A stretch of 64,000 bases of DNA from Escherichia coli (GCF_036507355.1 NZ_AP027877.1); one strand, 5' to 3'. Shown: positions 34,570-47,010, counted from the first letter of the stretch. Numbers and translations: made by a program. Notes: generated by a model from the letters alone, not told the origin.

Positions 34570-36196
34570 TAGGTTTCACTTTCGGAATATAGATTGAAAA
34601 TAAGGTACCGCAGGGATCATTATCTTCGAGAGTGATAACACCACCGCAGCGCGTTACGTAGCTGGCAATCAAGTACAACCCAATGCCATGTTCACCGGGC
34701 TCGTCAGCACGCGTACTGACCCCCTGCTCAAATATTTTGTCTCGTAGAGACTCTGGAACGCCGCAGCCCTGATCGGCGACTTCAATCACCACATCATCGC
34801 CTTCATCGCTGAGGAATAATTCAACGATCTTGTTTCCTTCATCGCTACGCAGGCTGGCTTCGAAGGCGTTATCAAGTAAATTTCCCACAATGGCGGCAAA
34901 CTCGGTGCTATCCAGTCCTGGCGGCAGTTGCGAAAGCTGGCTACCGGGGACGATGATCATTTTTAGCCCCAGTTCGCGGGCGCGCTGCACTTTACCAAAA
35001 AGCAGCCCCGCCACCTGGCGATCGGCAAACGCCTCGCGCAGGCTGTCAATAAGCTGTTGCTGGGCCTGAGACTCCCCCTGCACCATCGCCAGCACGCGAT
35101 CATACTCTTTCATCTGCAACAGACCATTGAGCGTCGACATCCAATTGAGATGCTCGTGTCGCAATGTACGAAGGCTCTCGACGTATTGTTTTATTTGCGT
35201 CAGTTGCGCATTGAGGGTGGAAATTTCGTCTTTACTACGAAAGCTGATAATGGCCCCCAGCAAATCATCACCTGAACGAATAGCTTCCCGATTGGCAATA
35301 ACGCTCAGACCGTTAAAGTTAGCCACCACATCCTGACGTTTTTCATCAATCTGTTCGGTAAAGAAATCGGCGGGCCTGACCACTTCAGCAATGGGTTTAC
35401 CCAACCATTGCCGTCCGGGGGAACTCAGCCCCAGCATCTTTCTTGCGTTACGATTGATGGCGGTAATGTAACCGTGCGGATCCACCGCAATCAGCCCTTC
35501 ATAAACCGAACTAAACAGCGCCTCTTGCTGACGGACCACGCGTGCGATTTGCTTTGGCTCCATGCCCATCATCTGCCGACGGATATGCGCGGCCAGGAAC
35601 CACGACAGCAACATCAGAATCCCTAACAGCACGACAAACACACCTGCCATCGGTAATAAAAACTCAGCCCGCCAGCTATCGATTTTACTCACCAGGTAGC
35701 CAATCGACACCACGCCGATGACTTTTCCATCGTCATCAAAGATTGGCGTTTTGGCGCGCATCGCCATACCCATTGACCCTTTCCCGGTAATGAAGTAGCT
35801 CTCCCCTTTCTCCAGCGCGCCCTGTTTGGTGAACTGCATAGGATAACCAATTTTCTCCGGATTAGGATGGTAAAGGCGGATCGAGTGCCGGTCGCCAATC
35901 ACCACATAATCAAAATCGGTATCTCTTTGTAATTTGTTAGCGATGGTCGCCAGCCGTTTGTAGTCACGCGTTTTCACCGTAGAGATGACACTGTCATTGG
36001 AGGCAATAATTTTCGCCTGATTCATTGCCATGTCGCGTACATGAAGCGTTAAATAGTCCTCAAAACTGGCCGTAAAATATTGCGCCAGGGCTGCAATGAC
36101 AAATATTGAGAACACCAGAATCAGCAAAAAGATACGCAGCGGAAATGCCAGTCTTTGGAAAAATGCAAACTGTTTATTCTCGTTAAGCTGCAACAT
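34538..36196 (-). CDS. dpiB: sensor histidine kinase DpiB (CitA)
   Basis: ORF 34538..36256 trimmed to MLQLNENKQFAFF; two TM helices, periplasmic domain, H-box and ATPase motifs; 552 aa. Confidence 0.88.
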   Translation of the reverse strand: MLQLNENKQFAFFQRLAFPLRIFLLILVFSIFVIAALAQYFTASFEDYLTLHVRDMAMNQAKIIASNDSVISTVKTRDYKRLATIANKLQRDTDFDYVVIGDRHSIRLYHPNPEKIGYPMQFTKQGALEKGESYFITGKGSMGMAMRAKTPIFDDDGKVIGVVSIGYLVSKIDSWRAEFLLPMAGVFVVLLGILMLLSWFLAAHIRRQMMGMEPKQIARVVRQQEALFSSVYEGLIAVDPHGYITAINRNARKMLGLSSPGRQWLGKPIAEVVRPADFFTEQIDEKRQDVVANFNGLSVIANREAIRSGDDLLGAIISFRSKDEISTLNAQLTQIKQYVESLRTLRHEHLNWMSTLNGLLQMKEYDRVLAMVQGESQAQQQLIDSLREAFADRQVAGLLFGKVQRARELGLKMIIVPGSQLSQLPPGLDSTEFAAIVGNLLDNAFEASLRSDEGNKIVELFLSDEGDDVVIEVADQGCGVPESLRDKIFEQGVSTRADEPGEHGIGLYLIASYVTRCGGVITLEDNDPCGTLFSIYIPKVKPNDSSINPIDR

Positions 36197-36575
36197 TGTT
36201 TTCCTTGCGGGTTGTCCCGAGCCTCTTTGACGGATGTAATTAAAATGTTGAATCAAAATACATAGATATTAATTATAATCGTGGCAAATTTTATTCATTA
36301 AATCAATTAAATCACTTAAACCTGCGGGTCATTTCGTAATTACATTAATTAAAAAACTTAAAACCATTAAATAAATAAAAAACCACTAACTCTATGTGAA
36401 ATAAATCAAAATTTCACGCCAAAATACTCCTTAGGATGTATAGCGAAAGGAGAAAAAGATATACCTCGATCACCCCCCTTTCTCCCAAGTGAAAATAAAA
36501 GGTTATCAGTTTGCAACATTGAACAACATTCGTTGCAAATCGATAACAACATGCACCTTCAGGATACTATTTATT
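36197..36575. promoter_or_regulatory. AT-rich divergent dpiB/citC control region with short direct repeats
   Basis: taaatcaattaaatcacttaaacc and repeated ttaaa/taaat units between divergent starts. Confidence 0.4.
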
Positions 36576-37634
36576 ATGTTCGGCAATGATATTTTCACCC
36601 GCGTAAAACGTTCAGAAAATAAAAAAATGGCGGAAATCGCCCAATTCCTGCATGAAAATGATTTGAGCGTTGACACCACAGTCGAAGTATTTATTACCGT
36701 AACCCGCGATGAAAAGCTTATCGCGTGCGGTGGAATTGCCGGAAATATTATTAAATGCGTTGCTATCAGTGAATCCGTTCGCGGTGAAGGACTGGCGCTG
36801 ACATTAGCCACTGAACTGATAAACCTCGCCTATGAGCGGCACAGCACGCATCTGTTTATTTATACCAAAACCGAATACGAGGCGCTGTTCCGCCAGTGCG
36901 GTTTTTCCACGTTGACCAGCGTACCAGGCGTGATGGTGCTGATGGAAAACAGCGCCACGCGATTGAAACGCTATGCCGAATCGCTGAAAAAATTTCGTCA
37001 TCCAGGGAACAAGATTGGCTGCATTGTGATGAACGCCAATCCCTTTACGAAGGGTCACCGTTATCTGATTCAACAGGCTGCGGCACAGTGCGACTGGTTG
37101 CATCTGTTTTTAGTCAAAGAAGATTCTTCACGCTTCCCCTATGAAGACCGGCTGGATCTGGTGTTAAAAGGCACCGCCGATATTCCACGCCTGACTGTGC
37201 ATCGCGGCTCCGAATACATCATCTCCCGCGCTACGTTCCCTTGCTACTTCATTAAAGAACAGAGCGTCATTAACCATTGTTACACCGAAATTGATTTGAA
37301 GATTTTCCGTCAGTACCTCGCTCCCGCGCTGGGTGTAACTCACCGCTTTGTCGGTACTGAACCCTTTTGTCGCGTTACCGCCCAGTACAACCAGGATATG
37401 CGCTACTGGCTGGAAACGCCGACTATCTCCGCACCGCCCATCGAACTGGTTGAAATTGAGCGGCTGCGTTACCAGGAGATGCCGATATCCGCTTCCCGGG
37501 TACGTCAACTGCTGGCGAAAAACGATCTCACGGCTATCGCGCCGCTGGTCCCTGCAGTCACGCTGCATTATTTGCAGAACCTGCTTGAGCACTCCCGCCA
37601 GGACGCGGCAGCTCGTCAAAAGACCCCCGCATGA
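36576..37634 (+). CDS. citC: [citrate (pro-3S)-lyase] ligase
   Basis: ORF 36489..37634 trimmed to ATG at 36576 (MFGNDIFTRVK); 352 aa. Confidence 0.9.
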   Translation: MFGNDIFTRVKRSENKKMAEIAQFLHENDLSVDTTVEVFITVTRDEKLIACGGIAGNIIKCVAISESVRGEGLALTLATELINLAYERHSTHLFIYTKTEYEALFRQCGFSTLTSVPGVMVLMENSATRLKRYAESLKKFRHPGNKIGCIVMNANPFTKGHRYLIQQAAAQCDWLHLFLVKEDSSRFPYEDRLDLVLKGTADIPRLTVHRGSEYIISRATFPCYFIKEQSVINHCYTEIDLKIFRQYLAPALGVTHRFVGTEPFCRVTAQYNQDMRYWLETPTISAPPIELVEIERLRYQEMPISASRVRQLLAKNDLTAIAPLVPAVTLHYLQNLLEHSRQDAAARQKTPA

Positions 37635-37648
37635 GAAACAGGTGAAAA

Positions 37649-37945
37649 ATGAAAATAAACCAGCCCGCCGTTGCAGGCACCCTTGAGTCTGGGGATGTGA
37701 TGATACGCATCGCCCCACTCGATACGCAGGATATCGACCTGCAAATCAATAGCAGCGTTGAGAAACAGTTTGGCGATGCAATTCGCACCACCATTCTGGA
37801 CGTTCTCGCCCGCTACAACGTGCGCGGCGTACAGCTGAATGTCGATGACAAAGGCGCACTGGACTGCATTTTACGTGCACGACTGGAAGCCCTGCTGGCA
37901 CGCGCCAGCGGTATCCCGGCTCTGCCATGGGAGGATTGCCAATGA
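37649..37945 (+). CDS. citD: citrate lyase acyl carrier protein (gamma subunit)
   Basis: 98 aa [26 protein letters not shown]. Confidence 0.9.
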
Positions 37946-38850
37946 TTTCCGCTTCGCTGCAACAACGTAAAACTCGCACCCGCCGCAGCATGTTGTTTGT
38001 GCCTGGTGCCAATGCCGCGATGGTCAGCAACTCCTTCATCTACCCGGCTGATGCCCTGATGTTTGACCTCGAAGACTCCGTGGCATTACGTGAAAAAGAC
38101 ACCGCCCGCCGCATGGTTTATCACGCGCTGCAACATCCGCTGTATCGTGATATTGAAACCATTGTGCGTGTCAACGCGCTGGATTCCGAATGGGGTGTTA
38201 ACGACCTTGAAGCCGTCGTTCGCGGTGGTGCGGACGTTGTGCGTCTGCCGAAAACCGATACCGCTCAGGATGTTCTGGATATTGAAAAAGAGATCCTGCG
38301 TATCGAAAAAGCCTGTGGTCGTGAACCCGGCAGCACCGGCCTGCTGGCAGCGATTGAATCTCCGCTGGGCATTACCCGCGCAGTGGAAATCGCTCACGCT
38401 TCCGAGCGTTTGATCGGTATCGCCCTCGGTGCAGAAGACTATGTGCGCAACCTGCGTACAGAACGCTCCCCGGAAGGAACTGAACTGCTGTTCGCACGCT
38501 GTTCCATTTTGCAGGCCGCGCGCTCTGCGGGTATTCAGGCGTTCGATACCGTCTATTCCGACGCTAACAACGAAGCCGGATTCCTGCAAGAAGCCGCCCA
38601 CATCAAACAGCTGGGCTTTGACGGCAAATCGCTGATCAACCCGCGTCAGATTGATCTGCTGCACAACCTCTACGCACCGACCCAGAAAGAAGTGGATCAC
38701 GCCCGCCGCGTCGTAGAAGCCGCTGAAGCCGCCGCTCGCGAAGGCCTCGGCGTGGTTTCCCTGAACGGCAAGATGGTGGACGGTCCGGTTATCGATCGCG
38801 CCCGTCTGGTGCTCTCCCGTGCAGAACTTTCCGGCATCCGCGAAGAATAA
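37942..38850 (+). CDS. citE: citrate lyase beta subunit (citryl-ACP lyase)
   Basis: ORF 37927..38850 trimmed to [10 protein letters not shown]; 302 aa; overlaps citD stop. Confidence 0.9.
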
Positions 38851-38860
38851 GGCAATCAAA

Positions 38861-40393
38861 ATGACGCAGAAAATTGAACAATCTCAACGACAAGAACGGG
38901 TAGCGGCCTGGAATCGTCGCGCTGAATGCGATCTTGCCGCTTTCCAGAACTCGCCAAAGCAAACCTACCAGGCTGAAAAAGCGCGCGATCGCAAACTGTG
39001 CGCCAACCTGGAAGAAGCGATTCGTCGCTCTGGTTTACAGGACGGCATGACGGTTTCCTTCCATCACGCTTTCCGTGGCGGTGACCTGACCGTCAATATG
39101 GTGATGGACGTCATCGCGAAGATGGGCTTTAAAAACCTGACCCTGGCGTCCAGCTCCCTGAGTGATTGCCATGCGCCGCTGGTAGAACACATTCGCCAGG
39201 GCGTGGTTACCCGCATTTATACCTCCGGCCTGCGTGGTCCACTGGCGGAAGAGATCTCCCGTGGTCTGCTGGCAGAACCGGTGCAGATCCACTCTCACGG
39301 CGGTCGTGTGCATCTGGTACAGAGCGGCGAACTGAATATCGACGTGGCTTTCCTCGGCGTCCCGTCCTGTGATGAATTCGGTAATGCCAACGGCTACACC
39401 GGTAAAGCCTGCTGCGGCTCCCTCGGCTATGCAATGGTTGATGCCGACAACGCAAAACAGGTCGTGATGCTTACCGAAGAACTGCTGCCTTATCCGCATA
39501 ATCCGGCAAGCATTGAACAAGATCAGGTTGATCTGATCGTCAAAGTTGATCGCGTTGGCGATGCTGCAAAAATCGGCGCTGGTGCGACCCGTATGACCAC
39601 TAACCCGCGCGAACTGCTTATTGCCCGTAGCGCTGCGGATGTGATTGTCAACTCTGGCTACTTCAAAGAAGGTTTCTCTATGCAAACCGGTACCGGTGGC
39701 GCATCGCTGGCGGTAACCCGTTTCCTGGAAGACAAAATGCGTAGCCGCGATATTCGCGCCGACTTCGCCCTCGGCGGTATTACCGCGACGATGGTTGATC
39801 TGCACGAAAAAGGTCTAATCCGCAAACTGCTGGATGTGCAGAGCTTTGACAGCCACGCTGCGCAATCGCTGGCCCGTAACCCCAATCACATCGAAATCAG
39901 CGCCAACCAGTACGCTAACTGGGGTTCGAAAGGTGCATCAGTTGATCGTCTCGACGTGGTGGTACTGAGCGCGCTGGAAATTGACACCCAGTTCAACGTT
40001 AACGTGCTGACCGGCTCTGACGGCGTACTGCGTGGTGCTTCCGGTGGTCACTGCGATACCGCGATTGCCTCTGCGCTTTCCATCATCGTCGCGCCGCTGG
40101 TACGCGGTCGTATTCCGACTCTGGTGGATAACGTGCTGACCTGCATCACCCCAGGCTCCAGTGTCGATATTCTGGTCACAGACCACGGTATCGCAGTTAA
40201 CCCGGCACGTCCGGAACTGGCAGAACGTCTGCAGGAAGCGGGCATTAAAGTGGTTTCCATTGAGTGGCTGCGCGAACGCGCGCGTCTGCTGACCGGTGAA
40301 CCACAGCCGATTGAATTCACCGACCGCGTCGTTGCCGTTGTGCGTTACCGCGATGGCTCGGTGATCGATGTTGTGCATCAGGTGAAGGAATAA
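38861..40393 (+). CDS. citF: citrate lyase alpha subunit (citrate CoA-transferase)
   Basis: ORF 38819..40393 trimmed to MTQKIEQSQRQ; 510 aa. Confidence 0.9.
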   Translation: MTQKIEQSQRQERVAAWNRRAECDLAAFQNSPKQTYQAEKARDRKLCANLEEAIRRSGLQDGMTVSFHHAFRGGDLTVNMVMDVIAKMGFKNLTLASSSLSDCHAPLVEHIRQGVVTRIYTSGLRGPLAEEISRGLLAEPVQIHSHGGRVHLVQSGELNIDVAFLGVPSCDEFGNANGYTGKACCGSLGYAMVDADNAKQVVMLTEELLPYPHNPASIEQDQVDLIVKVDRVGDAAKIGAGATRMTTNPRELLIARSAADVIVNSGYFKEGFSMQTGTGGASLAVTRFLEDKMRSRDIRADFALGGITATMVDLHEKGLIRKLLDVQSFDSHAAQSLARNPNHIEISANQYANWGSKGASVDRLDVVVLSALEIDTQFNVNVLTGSDGVLRGASGGHCDTAIASALSIIVAPLVRGRIPTLVDNVLTCITPGSSVDILVTDHGIAVNPARPELAERLQEAGIKVVSIEWLRERARLLTGEPQPIEFTDRVVAVVRYRDGSVIDVVHQVKE

Positions 40394-40396
40394 GCC

Positions 40397-41801
<1,405 letters not shown>

Positions 41802-41851
41802 TTATTTAAGCACTTGATAAATTTTGAAATATTAATTTTCGGAGAACCCGT

Positions 41852-43315
41852 ATGTCTTTAGCAAAAGATAATATATGGAAACTATTGGCCCCACTGGTGG
41901 TGATGGGCGTCATGTTCCTTATCCCTGTCCCCGACGGTATGCCGCCGCAGGCATGGCATTACTTCGCTGTGTTTGTGGCAATGATTGTCGGCATGATCCT
42001 CGAGCCAATTCCGGCAACAGCGATCAGTTTTATTGCGGTTACTATTTGCGTTATTGGCAGTAATTACCTGCTCTTTGATGCCAAAGAATTAGCTGACCCA
42101 GCGTTTAATGCGCAAAAACAGGCGCTGAAATGGGGTCTGGCTGGTTTTGCCAGCACCACGGTATGGCTGGTATTTGGCGCATTTATTTTTGCATTAGGGT
42201 ATGAAGTTTCCGGGTTAGGTCGTCGCATTGCCCTTTTCCTGGTGAAATTCATGGGCAAACGCACGCTGACGTTGGGTTATGCGATTGTCATTATCGACAT
42301 TCTGCTGGCACCGTTTACACCGTCCAACACCGCGCGTACCGGGGGTACGGTTTTTCCGGTCATTAAAAACCTGCCGCCGTTGTTTAAATCATTCCCGAAC
42401 GATCCGTCCGCGCGTCGTATTGGCGGCTATTTGATGTGGATGATGGTCATTAGTACCAGTCTGAGTTCGTCCATGTTTGTCACCGGTGCGGCACCAAACG
42501 TGCTGGGTCTGGAGTTCGTCAGCAAAATTGCCGGTATCCAGATTAGCTGGTTGCAGTGGTTCCTCTGCTTCCTGCCGGTTGGGGTTATCTTGCTTATCAT
42601 TGCGCCGTGGCTTTCCTACGTGCTGTACAAACCGGAAATCACACACAGTGAAGAAGTGGCAACCTGGGCGGGTGATGAACTGAAAACCATGGGTGCGCTG
42701 ACACGCAGAGAGTGGACACTGATTGGCCTTGTATTGCTCAGCTTAGGTTTGTGGGTATTTGGCAGTGAAGTCATTAATGCTACTGCGGTTGGTCTGCTGG
42801 CAGTTTCGCTAATGCTGGCCCTGCACGTTGTGCCGTGGAAAGACATTACCCGCTATAACAGCGCATGGAACACGCTGGTCAACCTGGCAACTCTGGTTGT
42901 GATGGCTAACGGCCTGACTCGTTCTGGTTTTATTGACTGGTTCGCCGGTACCATGAGTACGCACCTGGAAGGATTCTCACCAAACGCAACGGTGATTGTA
43001 CTGGTTCTGGTGTTCTACTTTGCACACTACCTGTTTGCCAGCCTGTCTGCGCACACCGCAACCATGCTGCCGGTTATTCTGGCCGTCGGTAAAGGTATTC
43101 CGGGCGTACCAATGGAACAACTGTGTATCCTGCTGGTGCTGTCTATCGGTATCATGGGCTGTCTGACGCCGTATGCAACCGGTCCTGGGGTGATTATTTA
43201 CGGCTGTGGCTATGTGAAATCAAAAGATTACTGGCGTCTTGGCGCAATCTTCGGGGTGATTTACATCTCTATGTTGCTGTTGGTTGGCTGGCCGATTCTC
43301 GCCATGTGGAACTAA
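41852..43315 (+). CDS. citT: citrate:succinate antiporter (DASS family)
   Basis: 487 aa polytopic membrane protein. Confidence 0.9.
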   Translation: MSLAKDNIWKLLAPLVVMGVMFLIPVPDGMPPQAWHYFAVFVAMIVGMILEPIPATAISFIAVTICVIGSNYLLFDAKELADPAFNAQKQALKWGLAGFASTTVWLVFGAFIFALGYEVSGLGRRIALFLVKFMGKRTLTLGYAIVIIDILLAPFTPSNTARTGGTVFPVIKNLPPLFKSFPNDPSARRIGGYLMWMMVISTSLSSSMFVTGAAPNVLGLEFVSKIAGIQISWLQWFLCFLPVGVILLIIAPWLSYVLYKPEITHSEEVATWAGDELKTMGALTRREWTLIGLVLLSLGLWVFGSEVINATAVGLLAVSLMLALHVVPWKDITRYNSAWNTLVNLATLVVMANGLTRSGFIDWFAGTMSTHLEGFSPNATVIVLVLVFYFAHYLFASLSAHTATMLPVILAVGKGIPGVPMEQLCILLVLSIGIMGCLTPYATGPGVIIYGCGYVKSKDYWRLGAIFGVIYISMLLLVGWPILAMWN

Positions 43316-43344
43316 TACGTTCGCCAAACGCTGAATAAATCATC

Positions 43345-43381
43345 ACGCCCGCCAGGTAAGCCCACCTGGCGGGCTTTTTTA
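43345..43381 (+). terminator. rho-independent terminator after citT
   Basis: cgcccgccaggtaagcccacctggcgggc followed by tttttt. Confidence 0.75.
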
Positions 43382-43428
43382 TGATTTAATAGATAGTATT
43401 CAGTGTATGTATGAGTTCCACACCCATT

Positions 43429-44235
43429 ATGAAAGCATTCTGGCGTAACGCCGCGTTGCTCGCGGTTTCTCTGCTTCCCTTCTCTTCTGCCAACGCCGTA
43501 GCGTTGCAGGCAAAACAGTATGGCGATTTTGATCGCTATGTCCTGGCCCTCTCCTGGCAAACCGGATTTTGCCAGAGTCAACACGATCGAAATCGTAACG
43601 AACGAGATGAATGTCGCCTGCAAACCGAAACGACCAACAAAGCTGATTTTCTGACCGTACATGGTCTGTGGCCAGGATTGCCTAAATCGGTCGCTGCCCG
43701 TGGTGTTGATGAACGCCGCTGGATGCGCTTCGGTTGCGCTACTCGCCCAATCCCGAATCTACCAGAAGCGCGCGCCAGCCGGATGTGTTCATCGCCGGAA
43801 ACCGGATTATCACTGGAAACGGCCGCTAAACTAAGTGAAGTCATGCCAGGAGCTGGCGGACGTTCCTGCCTGGAACGCTACGAATATGCCAAACACGGTG
43901 CCTGCTTTGGTTTTGATCCGGACGCATACTTCGGTACGATGGTACGCCTGAATCAAGAAATTAAAGAGAGCGAAGCCGGAAAATTCCTTGCGGATAATTA
44001 CGGTAAAACAGTGAGCCGCCGTGACTTTGACGCCGCCTTTGCCAAAAGCTGGGGAAAAGAGAACGTGAAAGCAGTTAAGCTAACGTGCCAGGGTAACCCT
44101 GCGTATTTGACTGAAATGCAGATCTCGATCAAAGCTGACGCCATCAACGCTCCGCTTTCTGCCAACTCATTCTTGCCACAACCACACCCAGGCAACTGTG
44201 GCAAAACCTTTGTGATTGATAAAGCGGGTTATTAA
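43429..44235 (+). CDS. rna: periplasmic ribonuclease I (RNase T2 family)
   Basis: ORF 43411..44235 trimmed to MKAFWRNAALLAVSLLPFSSANA signal peptide; 268 aa. Confidence 0.9.
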   Translation: MKAFWRNAALLAVSLLPFSSANAVALQAKQYGDFDRYVLALSWQTGFCQSQHDRNRNERDECRLQTETTNKADFLTVHGLWPGLPKSVAARGVDERRWMRFGCATRPIPNLPEARASRMCSSPETGLSLETAAKLSEVMPGAGGRSCLERYEYAKHGACFGFDPDAYFGTMVRLNQEIKESEAGKFLADNYGKTVSRRDFDAAFAKSWGKENVKAVKLTCQGNPAYLTEMQISIKADAINAPLSANSFLPQPHPGNCGKTFVIDKAGY

Positions 44236-44383
44236 TCATCTGATTTACAAAACACGCTAATTTGTCTTCCATAAACCAAGGCGATTAAGATTTATACATA
44301 ATGCGCTGCATTGAGGAATTCCCTGAATGTGACGCAAATCACTTCAAAGAGTGAGCAACAGTCAGTATCATCATGTGAGTTAA

Positions 44384-44417
44384 ACCCTCGCCGCCTGACG
44401 GTGAGGGTTTTCTTTTG
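44384..44417 (+). terminator. hairpin in rna-rnk intergenic region
   Basis: aaccctcgccgcctgacggtgagggttttcttttg. Confidence 0.4.
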
Positions 44418-44464
44418 GGTATGTTTATCTGCGACACTCGCAGTACCGACGACATGGAGTAAAA

Positions 44465-44875
44465 ATGTCCAGACCAACTATCATCATTAACGACCTGGAT
44501 GCCGAACGCATCGATATTCTGCTGGAGCAACCCGCCTATGCTGGTTTGCCAATCGCCGACGCGTTAAACGCAGAGTTGGATCGCGCCCAAATGTGTTCGC
44601 CAGAAGAGATGCCACACGACGTGGTGACAATGAACAGCCGGGTTAAATTCCGCAATCTTAGCGATGGCGAAGTGCGTGTGCGCACGTTGGTGTATCCGGC
44701 AAAAATGACCGATAGCAATACTCAGCTTTCCGTTATGGCTCCGGTAGGTGCCGCACTGCTGGGGCTGCGCGTTGGCGATTCCATTCACTGGGAACTTCCG
44801 GGCGGCGTTGCAACCCACCTTGAAGTGCTGGAACTCGAATACCAGCCAGAAGCTGCTGGCGACTATCTGCTTTAA
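44465..44875 (+). CDS. rnk: regulator of nucleoside diphosphate kinase (GreA/GreB-like)
   Basis: 136 aa [23 protein letters not shown]. Confidence 0.88.
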
Positions 44876-45012
44876 TCCCATCTGCACAAGCGATAACTCG
44901 CTTTGCCCAGAGGATGCACTCGCATCCTCTTTACGCAAAATCAGCAATTTTTCCTGGTTCTCACTGTTCACTTTTGCTGCAAAATTATTCCGTTTCGTTT
45001 GTGGGAATAACC

Positions 45013-45102
45013 ATGGCAGAAGCATTTTACATCCTGATAGGATTTCTGATTATGGCGGCGATTATCGTCATGGCTGTCCTTTACCTCGAAAACCACTCCT
45101 GA
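45013..45102 (+). CDS. candidate 29-aa hydrophobic small protein (MAEAFYILIGFLIMAAIIVMAVLYLENHS)
   Basis: Internal ATG of ORF 44914..45102 preceded by gggaataacc; single predicted TM helix; unverified. Confidence 0.3.
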   Translation: MAEAFYILIGFLIMAAIIVMAVLYLENHS

Positions 45103-45105
45103 CGA

Positions 45106-46344
45106 TCATATTGTTCCCCCCGGCATCGCATTCACCAGACCTGAAACCGCCTTCTGCGCCGCCTCTGCGCTTTGTGCACCGGGTACCAGAATCACCTTAC
45201 GGCACTCCTCTTCACGTTTTTCGAAAATCTCATATCCCCGGGCGGCCTCTTCAAACGGCATATAGTGGGTAACAATTTCTTCTGGTTTCAGTAATCCTTT
45301 CTCAATTAACGGTAATAATTCTCCCAGCCATGCGTGAACGTGGGTCTGTCCCATTTTAAACGTCAACCCTTTATCAAAGGCGTCGCCAAACAGGAAACCG
45401 TGAATAAATCCAGCGTAGACGCCCGGTACGCTAACAATGCCGCCACGCCTGACCGCCGCAATACACTGACGCAACGCTTTACCGCTGCTGCCCTCCAGTT
45501 TCAGGTTAGTCAGCACCGTTTCCGTGGTGCTGCCTTTCGCTTCAAAACCGACGGCGTCTATTACTGCATCCACGCCCCGGTGACCTGCCGTTTGTTCAAT
45601 AATTGACTGTGCCGGATCGCTATCTTCATCGAAATTAATCGGGATCGCGCCGTAGCGGTCAGCGGCGAAACGCAAGCGGTAGGGATGATGATCAACAACA
45701 AAAATCTGTTCCGCACCGAGCAACCGTGCACAGGCGATTGTCAACAATCCCACAGGACCAGCACCATAGACAGCAACGCTTGAACTTTGTTGGATCTGCG
45801 CATTTTTTGCTGCCTGCCATGCCGTTGGCAGAATATCAGAAAGGAAAAGGGCTTTATCATCTGAAAGCAAAGGCGGTACTTTAAACGGCCCCACATTCCC
45901 TTTAGGGACGCGGACATATTCCGCCTGCCCACCAGGAACGCCACCATACAGGTGACTATAACCAAACAATGCCGCGGGAGCTGGTATCTGTTTTTTATTG
46001 AGCGCAGCGCCTTTACCCGCATTGGTATTTTCGCAGGCGGCATATTACTGCATTCGACAGAAAAAACAGTCGCCACAAGCAATGACAAACGGAATTACCA
46101 CCCGGTCGCCTTTTTGCAAATTTTTTACGTCCTTTCCGGTTTCAACTACTTCCCCCATAAATTCATGACCAAAAATATCGCCATGTTTAACCTGGGGTAT
46201 TTTGCCTCGATAAAGATGGAGGTCAGAGCCACAGATCGCCGTTGCCGTAATACGCAGAATAATATCATCTGCCTGTTCAACGCCCGGATCGGGAACATTT
46301 TCTACCTGAACGTTATATGGGCCGTGATAAGTCAATGCTTTCAT
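45106..46344 (-). pseudogene. ybdR: Zn-dependent alcohol dehydrogenase-like oxidoreductase interrupted by an in-frame TAA at codon 100
   Basis: N-terminal ORF 46045..46344 (99 aa, ends ...[10 protein letters not shown]) and C-terminal ORF 45106..45969 are in the same frame; region between them translates without further stops ([32 protein letters not shown]); total 1239 bp. Confidence 0.8.
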
Positions 46345-46564
46345 GCAACCTCCAGAGACAGTTCAAAAAAGAGTCAGTCTTTAAGGGTAGCAATCACAGC
46401 GGGAAAACGGGCGGTACCACAGGTTTTGGGAGAATTCCTGGTGTTCAGTGAGAATATATTCATCACAGAAACAGTTCGTAAGGAAAAAGAACCAGACAAA
46501 TATCAGGGATAAATATTATAATCATGGCGAATGATTTGTTCATGATTAACAGGGAGAAAGGGTT

Positions 46565-46993
46565 ATGTATAAGACAATCATTATGCCAGTTGATGTATTT
46601 GAAATGGAATTGAGCGACAAAGCTGTTCGCCACGCTGAATTCCTCGCCCAGGATGACGGAGTTATTCATCTACTTCACGTACTACCCGGGTCAGCCAGCC
46701 TGAGCCTGCACCGTTTTGCCGCTGATGTGCGTCGTTTTGAAGAGCATCTGCAACATGAAGCAGAAGAACGTCTGCAAACGATGGTCAGCCACTTCACCAT
46801 CGATCCTTCCCGCATTAAACAACATGTCCGTTTTGGTAGCGTGCGGGATGAAGTCAATGAGTTGGCAGAAGAACTGGGGGCTGATGTTGTAGTTATTGGT
46901 TCTCGCAACCCATCGATTTCGACCCATCTGTTAGGTTCTAACGCCTCGAGCGTGATCCGCCACGCCAATCTGCCTGTACTGGTCGTTCGCTAA
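46565..46993 (+). CDS. uspG: universal stress protein G
   Basis: 142 aa ORF; Usp-family C-terminal region VVIGSRNP...LGSNASSV. Confidence 0.9.
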   Translation: MYKTIIMPVDVFEMELSDKAVRHAEFLAQDDGVIHLLHVLPGSASLSLHRFAADVRRFEEHLQHEAEERLQTMVSHFTIDPSRIKQHVRFGSVRDEVNELAEELGADVVVIGSRNPSISTHLLGSNASSVIRHANLPVLVVR

Positions 46994-47010
46994 CAGATAA
47001 AAGTATTTAT

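Noticed and set aside
36489-36575. Upstream GTG extension of citC (MKIKGYQFATLNNIRC...)
   Set aside because: The conserved CitC N-terminus begins at the ATG at 36576 (MFGNDIF); the extension lies in the AT-rich promoter region.
38086-39805. 257-aa and 256-aa ORFs antisense to citE and citF
   Set aside because: Shadow frames inside the cit operon coding strand.
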